Shown in pieces: positions 25,956-35,700 of a DNA stretch of 40,630 bases. Each line of letters opens with the position of its first letter. Within the stretch, counting starts at the first letter, position 1. The translations under genes were made by a program, and so were the position numbers. The notes beneath the pieces are model-generated. The model searched no databases. It saw only the letters and a program-made list of their open reading frames with translations, and was not told the DNA's origin. This DNA comes from a virus: the IMG/VR virus record IMGVR_UViG_3300045988_173266; one strand, written 5' to 3'.

Positions 25956-26421
25956 GATATTTCTTGCGATTCTTATAGGCTTTATTCTCGGCGCGATGAC
26001 GGCGGTCGGAGTGTATTTCTTGACTGTTGGGGAAGTTGCGTGGAAAGAGTATGCCGAAACAAAACTTATTCCTAACGCCGTACTTGCTTTAACCGCTATC
26101 GGCGGACTTGCAACCGCCTCATTGCCGATTATAGCGAAAATTCAATGTGCAGTCGATAATTTCAACAAGGCTACGAAAGATGTAAACGAAACGGCTGAAA
26201 ACGGGCGTAAAACCGAAGGGGCGTTAAACGAGCAAGATAGACGGATTTCGGAAGAATTTGCTACCATAAACGAAAGAATCGCTTCCGTTGAAAAAGATAC
26301 GAAAGCAACCAAAGAAATGTGTCGGATAGGCTTTTGTAATATGGGAGAATTAGTCCAAAGCGGTTATGCTTCCGAAATAGCAAAAGTGGGGGCGGACAAT
26401 GAAGAAAAAACCGAATTATAA
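25942..26421 (+). CDS. Membrane protein (2 TM plus coiled coil); holin or ejection-protein candidate
   Basis: AAGGAGA upstream of ATG 25942. TM segments IFLAILIGFILGAMTAVGVYFL and AVLALTAIGGLATASLPII. Confidence 0.55.
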   Translation: MKKFKIFLAILIGFILGAMTAVGVYFLTVGEVAWKEYAETKLIPNAVLALTAIGGLATASLPIIAKIQCAVDNFNKATKDVNETAENGRKTEGALNEQDRRISEEFATINERIASVEKDTKATKEMCRIGFCNMGELVQSGYASEIAKVGADNEEKTEL

Positions 26422-26836
26422 ATTAAGACTTGTTTTTCTCTACATAGGCAGTTTCTTGGTATCAATCGCTCCGCTCGTTATATGTCTTGCGTTTAATTGG
26501 GGCGATTATACCAAAACTCCCGGAGATACTGTTAAATTGTCGCTCGGCGGAATCATACTTGCAACGCTTGTTTTTATGAAGGTTATAGGCAAATTAAAAA
26601 TGCCGAGGCGAATTGTATCGTTCGGTATCGTTTTTGTTATGGCATACTTATTACAAGCAGTATTGCAAGATATACTCCTGCTTACGGGAATGGCGCTACT
26701 CGGAGAATTTATAGATTATATGTTTTTTCAAAAAGCAATCAAAAAGACCAAAGAAGATATGTTTCTCGGGAAAACTGCCGATGTTACGACCGCGCAAGTA
26801 GAGGAAGTAATAAAAAAATACATAGGTAGGGCTTGA
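26399..26836 (+). CDS. Integral membrane protein (about 4 TM)
   Basis: Hydrophobic segments throughout the 145-aa ORF. Confidence 0.55.
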   Translation: MKKKPNYKLRLVFLYIGSFLVSIAPLVICLAFNWGDYTKTPGDTVKLSLGGIILATLVFMKVIGKLKMPRRIVSFGIVFVMAYLLQAVLQDILLLTGMALLGEFIDYMFFQKAIKKTKEDMFLGKTADVTTAQVEEVIKKYIGRA

Positions 26837-26838
26837 TT

Positions 26839-27729
26839 ATGGGTGAAAAAGTAAGAGATTTTTTCAAACAAAATATCGGCTATTTCATAATTTTCTTCGT
26901 GTGTGCCGTGTATATTTTAACTGCATTTTTGCGGATTGATAAGACGGGTAAGACCATATCGCAGATTATTGCGGACGGCTCTTTGTGCTTTTTTCTCGGC
27001 GTATTCATCAATCGCACTTTTGACTTGCAAGGTATGATGAGCGGCGATAGAGAAGAGGGTGTAAGAGCCACTATTGCCGAACACTCGAAAATCGTAATGA
27101 AAATTTCTCCGCATATAGAAGAACTCGACAAATGGTGTGAAGAGGAAAATGCAAAGAACTACAAAACGCAACGGACGAAAATTCTTGCTCGCGTAGGATT
27201 GAAGTATTCTTCTTGTTTCGATGAAGACGGCGTGGCGATTCCGTTTACGGTGGATAAAGAGAAGATGAAGGATAGGGCGTTGCGAATAACCGAACTTAAA
27301 AAACTTCGCGGTTATCATAAAGCGGTCAACTTAAAACTTACCGCATTGTCGGGAGGAGAACTCACAAGCGAAGGAGGCAAGCAGCAAGACCCGTTTTATT
27401 TTGGAAGGACGAAGGCTCAATATGAGACTCAAAGGGGTTTAGCCGACGTTATTTCAAAGTTTGGCACGGCAATTATATTCGGCGTATACGGAGTGGAACT
27501 TATCAAGGATTTCAGTTATGCAAATCTTATTTGGACGACTTTGCAAGTCGCGATATTTCTTGTAATGGGCGTGATAAAAATGTATCGCTCTTATCTATTC
27601 GTAACAGACGAATATAAAGGAAGAATTTGGAAGAAAATTGACAACCTTCAAAAGTTCGATAATTACATAAATAATCTTCCAAAAGAAAATATAAACACCT
27701 TGGAGGTGGAAAATGAAAAAGACGAATAG
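26839..27729 (+). CDS. Membrane protein (N- and C-terminal TM segments)
   Basis: ATG 26839 (the ORF track begins at TTG 26833). TM segments IGYFIIFFVCAVYILTAFL, LCFFLGVFI and C-terminal IWTTLQVAIFLVMGVI. Confidence 0.55.
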   Translation: MGEKVRDFFKQNIGYFIIFFVCAVYILTAFLRIDKTGKTISQIIADGSLCFFLGVFINRTFDLQGMMSGDREEGVRATIAEHSKIVMKISPHIEELDKWCEEENAKNYKTQRTKILARVGLKYSSCFDEDGVAIPFTVDKEKMKDRALRITELKKLRGYHKAVNLKLTALSGGELTSEGGKQQDPFYFGRTKAQYETQRGLADVISKFGTAIIFGVYGVELIKDFSYANLIWTTLQVAIFLVMGVIKMYRSYLFVTDEYKGRIWKKIDNLQKFDNYINNLPKENINTLEVENEKDE

Positions 27730-29758
27730 GCTTAAATATTGGGAGGACGAACTCAAAAAATACGGAGATGTAGGCGGTGTAGGAGTGGTAAAACCGTCGA
27801 ATCCGCCCTCATTGACGCCCCCCGGAAACTCTAAAAACACGGACAGTAAGAATCCGCTCGATATTTATAACGATTATATAAAAGAATCGAATACGCCTTC
27901 CGCCCCTGACTTGGCGGTAAATCCGAAACTGCCCTCATCTATTCCGACAAATCCTTTTGATAAAGACAAAGGGTTTGCTCCGGTTGATAAAAATCAATTT
28001 TTCGATAGTAGAGTCGTCGGAACTGTGGGAGGCGGATTTTCAGGCGGTAAAAAAGGTGGCGTAACTGACGAGGGGGAGATTATAGGCAATCCGAATCTCG
28101 AAAAGTTTCCAACGATAAAAGACGGCTCAAATCGTGGCGGGGTCGGAGATTATAACCCTAAAAATTCCGAACCTACGTCTCCGACAATACCGACTGCGCC
28201 AAAGACGAATCCGAGTACGATGCCTACGATACCAACTCCGCCGAATCCGTCTACAAGCACTTCGATGACGAATCCGTCGAGCAGTACAACCGAAACTACG
28301 CCGAGTAACAAATTTTCGGCTAAATATCAAGGGACTGACTTTTTGGAATGGTATAGAGCGAATTACGGACAAGAATACGACCCTTCGACGATATTGTCGC
28401 GTAAAAGCGGAATGTCCGACGTTGATTGGGATATCGGTAACAGTCTTTATGATACATATCGAAAAGACCAACAACGCAAAAGCGATTATGAATCGAGAGT
28501 TTCGGCTTTGGATAAGAGCAAAATGCAGTCTCAACAAAATGCAAGTATCACTCTCGATAAATTAAAAAAGTATCTTCCTACGCAAATAAAAGCGCAAGGA
28601 TTAGGCGGACTTGGTGTAAGCGAATCGAGTTTGCTCAATGCATACAATAGTTATTCTTCGGATATGGGCGCGATAGAGAATGATTATCAGGATAGAAAAT
28701 CAAGTCTCGAAGAAGCCTATGCACAAGATAATCTTCAATCTTGGCAGACCTCCAAAGATACCGTATCGGGGATTTTTGACGGATATAAAACTCAATTTGA
28801 GAATAATCAAAAACAAGCATATCAAGACGCTTATAATACGGTGTCTCAAAGTTCAGAAAAAGATGAGAGCGCAATTCTTAAATATATCGAGCAGTTTAGA
28901 AACCGCCTCTCCGATAGTGATTTCCTTACCTTAACGCAACAAGCGAAACAAGTGGCACAAGCAAACAAGCAAGCCTACGATAAAGAACAAGTGGCTAAAA
29001 CCGAGCAATCGCAAAATTCAGCATTTGAAAATGCGCGGACGGCGATTGCAAGCGCGACTTATTATACGCAAGATGATTTTGATAGATTCCTTGAACAATA
29101 TCGCGGGCAAGTAACCGAGTCTCAATTTAACGCTCTTAAATTACAAGCAGAAGGAAAACTTCGCGATAACCTTACGGCTAAAACCGAATCCGATAGACAA
29201 AATGCGTTCGTTGTGGCACAAGCGATAGTCGAATACCTTATCGCCGGGGAAGACTACAAAAGGGCAAAAGCATATCTCGATTCCAACAAAGATACTCTTG
29301 GTGAGCAAGTATATAATTCGTATATGACGAACATTGAGTCTAAATTGAAAAAGGCTGACGAGGGTAAGATAAAAGATTATTTCAAAATCAATAAACTCTC
29401 AAACGGCAATGATATTAAGGCTTTGCGCGATGTTAGTACACGATATAATGTTCAGCCGGCGGACTCGAAAAACCTTGAATTTCAACTCGAATCCGGTGAC
29501 AATATCTATGGGGTAAAACTTGGAGATACGGTTGCGAGTGCCGAACAAGCCGATGTTAAGAAATATATGTACTCCGCATACGGAAGAAAACCGCAAGCGG
29601 GCGACTTGTGTTATTACGCCGGACAAATCGTTATAGTTTGTCAAAATGGCAATTTAAGATACTTAAAGGACGCGCCAAACTTCCTCGGAACGTGGAATTG
29701 GTGGGGCGTTAAGCACTTGGAGGAACTTGTAAACTCGGTAAATGTAGATTATGATTAA
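27713..29758 (+). CDS. Large virion-associated protein with a P/T/S-rich linker and Q-rich coiled coil
   Basis: 681-aa ORF with GGAGG SD. Low-complexity EPTSPTIPTAPKTNPSTMPTIPTPPNPSTSTSMTNPSSSTTETTPS. Confidence 0.5.
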   Translation: MKKTNRLKYWEDELKKYGDVGGVGVVKPSNPPSLTPPGNSKNTDSKNPLDIYNDYIKESNTPSAPDLAVNPKLPSSIPTNPFDKDKGFAPVDKNQFFDSRVVGTVGGGFSGGKKGGVTDEGEIIGNPNLEKFPTIKDGSNRGGVGDYNPKNSEPTSPTIPTAPKTNPSTMPTIPTPPNPSTSTSMTNPSSSTTETTPSNKFSAKYQGTDFLEWYRANYGQEYDPSTILSRKSGMSDVDWDIGNSLYDTYRKDQQRKSDYESRVSALDKSKMQSQQNASITLDKLKKYLPTQIKAQGLGGLGVSESSLLNAYNSYSSDMGAIENDYQDRKSSLEEAYAQDNLQSWQTSKDTVSGIFDGYKTQFENNQKQAYQDAYNTVSQSSEKDESAILKYIEQFRNRLSDSDFLTLTQQAKQVAQANKQAYDKEQVAKTEQSQNSAFENARTAIASATYYTQDDFDRFLEQYRGQVTESQFNALKLQAEGKLRDNLTAKTESDRQNAFVVAQAIVEYLIAGEDYKRAKAYLDSNKDTLGEQVYNSYMTNIESKLKKADEGKIKDYFKINKLSNGNDIKALRDVSTRYNVQPADSKNLEFQLESGDNIYGVKLGDTVASAEQADVKKYMYSAYGRKPQAGDLCYYAGQIVIVCQNGNLRYLKDAPNFLGTWNWWGVKHLEELVNSVNVDYD

Positions 29759-29770
29759 AGGAGCGTAAAT

Positions 29771-32700
29771 ATGGCATATACTCTAACTCCTGCCGAAAGA
29801 CGAGCAAGAGCGCAATCTCTCCGTGAGAATCGTGAAAACCGCAAACTTTATTATGATTATTTAGAAAAAAAAGCGGCGTTAGAGCGTGAACAACAAATTC
29901 AAAGAAATGCTGAACTGCAAGCGGAACAAGAAAAGGCGAATCAGTCTTTTCTTGTTCGAGGTTTGTCTACTGTTGGAGATATCGTTGCAAATGTTCTTAC
30001 AGGGGCGGTAAAAGGTCTTGAAGGTATCGTAGACCTCGGAATCGGTTTGGTTGGCGGTATAGGCGGAATTTTTGACGGGGATTTTCAAGAAAGAGCAAAA
30101 AACGCTATCGCTTACGATTGGACGGGCGAAACTTTCGGAAACGCTCTTCAAGAGGCGTTAAAATATTCTTATACCACTAACGGCGGTATAATTGAAAACG
30201 TAGCAAGCGGAATCGGACAAATGCTTCCGTCCGTTGTTGTTTCGATTGCAACGGCGGGAGCGGGCGCGCCCGCTGCGGTAGCACAAGCCGCCTCGCTTGC
30301 CACTTTGGGCGTTAGTGCTGCCGGTACTTCTACCGAAGAAGCGTTTCAAGAAGGTGCGGATTATTGGGCGGGTCTCGGTTACGGCACGGCTTCGGGTCTT
30401 GTAGAAGTCGGAACGGAAAAGATGTTCGGTGGGGCGACGAAGGCTCTTACCGGTGCGGGTATTCTCGACGGCGTAACAAGGTCGGTTGCCGATACGGGCA
30501 TAAAGAGAATTGCAAAGAACGCACTTGAAGAGGGTTTTGAAGAAGTCGTTTCCGAACTCGCAAATCCTGCGTTGAAATCTATCTATAAAGGCTCGGAGGC
30601 TTTCAATGATTACGGCAATTTAGATTATTGGAAAGGAGTCGGAGAGGCTGGTCTCGTCGGCTCTTTAACCGCGCTTGCGTATAGCGGTACGGTCGGTTAT
30701 GGATTATCCAAAGTCGGTGTTGGGTACGTTGGGAAAGAAGCCGATATTGCGGATTCTTTATCGGAAATTGCTACACTCAAAGAGAAAGCAAATAATCTTC
30801 AAGCAAACGGCGAACTTATCGGCGTGAACGAACAAAAGATAGCCGATACCACCAAAAAGAATTATCAAAACATCGAGAAGGTTCTTCAAGGCGTTTCGGA
30901 GGATAAACGCTCGAAACTTATTGAAAAATTCAATCTCGATAAAGCGTTCAATACTGACGGCTCTATGAGCGGTCAGTTGTCGTCGTGGTTTAATTCCGTC
31001 GGAGAATCCGCCGAAGTGTCGGACGGCTCTCAAAATGAACTTGCAAGTCTTAAAAAAGACTCGTATTCGTTTAATCTCCGAGGACAAGAACAAACTATCG
31101 CTTCCGACCTTGACGCCATATCGGAAAATCTTGCTAATAAGTATATGGCTGCCAAACAAGAGAAAGGGAATAATATTACCATTGAGCAAGCGAGAGAGCA
31201 AGTCGGTAAAGTAAAGGTATTCGACGGCGAGATGTCCGATAACGCAAAGCAAAGCCGTAATAAATTCAATAAGGCTCTCAATTATCTCAACAAGGAATCG
31301 GGGGCAAATCTCTCATTTGTTGTAACCGAAAGCAACGACGCTTTCAACGGATTAGTCATCGACGATAGGACGATGTATATCGGAGAAGACCAATTTGAAA
31401 AAGGAACGTGGGCGGAAACTTTGGTTCACGAATATACCCACTTATCCGAGGGGTCGGAAGAGTACGCCAAGTTGGTAGACTTCTTGTCGTCCGATAACGT
31501 TTTGGTGGACGACGGCAACGGCGGAAAGGTCGAACTTTGGAAGAAAGGGCAAGAATCTGTATTTGACAAAAATTACGGTTTCGATAGAGAGAAAATCCAA
31601 GAAATCCACGACAAAATCGCCAACGCACAAGAATTGACCGCAGATGAACAGAAATATTTTAAGGACTTTATGTCGGAAGTTGGAGCGCACGAAACGCAAT
31701 ATCTTCTCGGTAATGAAGAATTTATCGACCGAATCGTAGCGAGAGACTCGTCTTTTGCGAAAAAGTTTTTACAAAAGATTGAGAATTTGAGAAAAGCCTT
31801 TGAAAGAGTCGGAGACAAAGAAGCGAGAAAAGCCTACAAACAAATTCACGAAGCCGAGAAACTTTATTTGAAAGCGGCGGCAAAAGCGGGAGATATGAAA
31901 CTTGTAAAATTCATTCTTTCTCGTAACCCTGACCTTGAAAAAGAAATTGACGTTTCCGCCGAAATCAAGTATAATAAGAAGGCAAAATATCTCAACATAA
32001 GCAAACAAGAATATGCGATTATCAGTTCTCGCATAATGGAAGACAATTCAAGCGTTATGGCGAAAGGTGGAGAGATTGCAAGATACAACACCGCAAGAAG
32101 CGCGAATTACTTCTATGTATATGAAAACTTTTCCGAAGGGAACTTTGGTGTATTAAAGCAAATCGCTTTAACCGATGATAAAATAAAATACATAAACGCT
32201 ATCGAAGCGAAAATAGGAGAATCAAATGGAGAATCAGTTATCCGAAGCACAAGCGAACTTAATAGAGTGCTTGAAGTTCTTAAAAATAAGTCAAGAAACG
32301 ATAGTCGGAATAATGCTTATGATTCCGAAAGACGAGCAGATAGCAGAAATGGCGAATTATCTATCGGACAATCCGAAAGCAAGCGAATCGGAAATACTGA
32401 AAAAGACGACGGAAATAAGAGAGTAAAATATTCTCTTAAAATCGGAAACGAAAACTTAACCGTAGACGGCGAAGAAAGAAAAAATCTTGTTGCACTTCAT
32501 AATCTCTCCGAGGAAAAACTTATGAAAGTTTTGGAACTCGGAGGGTTTCCTATGCCTTCGATTGCTATAACTCGTGCAGATTTAGGACACGAACAATTCG
32601 GAGATATTACGGTTATATTCGGTAGGGAGACGATAGACCCGAAAGCCGATTCAAGAAATAAGGTTTATTCGAGAGACGGATATACTCCAACCGTACCGAA

Positions 32701-35700
32701 AATAGACTACAAAGTCAATGAAAAAGTATTATCGAAAATATCGAAGAAATACTACGAACTCTCCAAGAAATTTGGTTATGATACGACTCGCCCGTTGTAT
32801 AAGTATGTAAACGATATGGAGAGGGTGTTAGAGGATAATGCGGGAGAGTTCGCAACAATCTCGCAAGTTTACGATGACACCGATATTATGCAATTATATC
32901 TCCTCGATTCGGGGAAGGAGAAAATTCAACCCGTCTATAAGGAAATAACGGAATCCTTACCAAAAGAACGGGTTGAATATCTAAACTCTTTAATCAATCA
33001 TTTAGGGAAAGAAGCCGTTTTGGAGATTACGCCGAAAGACGGGGAATCTCTATTTACACATAGGCACAATTACGCTGAAAAATATCGAGATAAAATTGCA
33101 GAGTTTTTGGTTGACGGGAAAATTTATAAGAATACGAGCGAAGTTTTTGAAGATTTTAAGGATATCGACCTTTTAAGGCTTGTAATCTCCGCGCGGAATT
33201 TTATCAATAATGGTGCAACGACTACAAAAAGCGAATTTGATTCTTCGGCTACGAATAAGGCTATTCGTGAAGCGACTCCGCAAAAAGAATATCACGCGTG
33301 GGTAGATTCTTTATTTGAGGGGATTCAAGAAAAAACGGGTATAAGAAACGATAAGGATATTTTTACTCCGTCCGGGAATAGGCGTAGTTTTGAAGCAACG
33401 CACGACAGTTATACTCTTGATAATATTATTAAAGCGATGAAACGCGCGCCGATAAAAGGCGACGGAGGTTTTGTTGGGTTAAACGTTAATGCTTTGGCTG
33501 CCAAATTGTCAAGAGAGTTCAAAAGCGTTGCGGAAATTCGTAAAAACGCCGATTCGCTTAAAACATTTAACCAAGAGATTCAAAACAATTTTATAGATAC
33601 TGCAAGGGAAATGATAAGTGAAATCGAACGCCTTTTCGTCCCGCAAGCGGACAATAGTATACAAAGTTGGACAATGCTCGACGGAGCGTCTACGCTTATC
33701 GGAGAAATTGCTGATAACGGCTTTACCACCGAAAAGCAAATAGCCGACTATATGGCGCGAGAATATAAGAATACTTCTTACAGATACTCGAAAGAAGTAG
33801 GCGATAAAATCCTTGCGTTATTCGATTATGTTCGTCAAATGACGGATACGGATTATTTTGAATCAAAGCCTCGTAGGGCAGTAGAGTTTAAGGAAATCCG
33901 CGATGTGCTTATTCCGGAAAATGCGAGCGAAAAACTTATCAAGGCTCTTGATGAACAAGGAATTGAACATATTACTTATACAGAAAAAAATACTCGTTCG
34001 GATATTATCAATAAACTCGATAATATTAGATTCTCTCTAAAAGAGGACTCCGACGGCAGAAAACTTTCGGAAGGGCAAAAGGAATACTTCAAAAATAGCA
34101 AGGTTATTGATGAAGACGGCAACTTAATGGTTGTATATCACGGTACGCCGAAGCCGAATTTTTCAGTTTTCAAACTTGGAGACGGTGCTTTGGGTAATGG
34201 TATATACTTTGCCGAGAGCAAAGAATACTCAAAAGGGTTTTCTTTTGGTTCAAATCCGTATGAAGTATATTTGAATATTACAAATCCATACGAAGTAAAC
34301 TACCCTATCAGCGACAGTATAACAGAGAAACTTATTGCAAAAGGTTATGACGGAATACATCATAAGCAGAACGGCTTTTGGGTAGCCTTTTCCCCGGAAC
34401 AAATAAAACTTGTAGATAATCTCACTCCTACCAAGAATGAAGATATTCGTTTTGACTTAAAGGAAGACGATTTATCTAAAAAGTATCGTTACGAATTATC
34501 GGACGGGCAAATCAAAAAACTCATTGCGGATAAAACGATGAGAAAGGTATACTCGAAAGTTGAGTCCGAAAAGATAATCAATACAATTCTTTCCGAATCT
34601 CTCGGTGTGGGCGAGAAATACGGTTCGCTTACGGGTAGGGCAAAATCGGAAGTTATCGAAATGCTTTGGCGCGGACTTAATACTGCCGAACCGGGCAAGC
34701 AGATGAAAGTTGCTCTCGATGTGGCGGAATACATAATACAAAATTCCGTTTTGGAAAACCTTTACGAAGATTCCGAAAACTCGATTTACATTGATACGAT
34801 AAATGCCTTAAAGCCTTATCTTCATTCGCTTGACCTTTCCGCATTGAAAGGCGAGATAAAATATAAGTTCGACAATGATAATAGTGCATATTTGTTGTGG
34901 GGCAAAAGAAAGGGCGAAAGAGGCTTAACCGCCGACCAAGTTAAAATGGAACTCGGCGAGCGTGGATTCTTTATCGACTCGGATAATGAAGCGGATATAT
35001 TCTTCAGTATGGATAGCGCGTATCGTGAAGCGGTTTCCGCAATGAAGAAAAAGAGCAAAGAATTGCTTTCGTCGGCTCTTTCCGGAGAAGAGAGGGAAAC
35101 TCTTAAAAACAAAATTGCGAGAGAAGTTCTGCTTGCTTTCGATAAAAACGGCAAGCCCTCGAAATTCTCGAAGATACTCGAACAGTACCATAAAGAAGCG
35201 TTGACGTGGAAAAGGCTTTATTACGACGAGCGCACAAGGAACACCGTCATCAATCGTCTTCTCGATAAAGTTCAGAAAATCAAAGAATGGAAGTCGGGAA
35301 TATTCCTTAATGCTTCACAATATAATGCGGATATTTTCAAAAAATCTATCGATAAATTGGCGAATATCAAATTCCGTGGCGACCTGAATCAGAGCGGCAC
35401 GAGAGATATTATTGCGGGGCTTAAAGAGTGGTATTCGCAAAAAAATTCGATTCTTAATGACGTGTACGATTCGGATATTGCGGAAATGCTCGATGATATC
35501 GCGACGGGCGAGGGGAAACTTACCACCCAGGAACTCCGAAATCTCTCGAACGTGGTAGACCATTTTAAACATTTCGTAGAAACTTATAACAAGGTCTATC
35601 GTAACGGAAAGTATGTAGAGGCTCAACCCATTGCGGAAAAATATGTTTCCGTGATGAAACGGAATAAGTCGGTGACAGTCGGTTGGCTTAAAAAATATTT

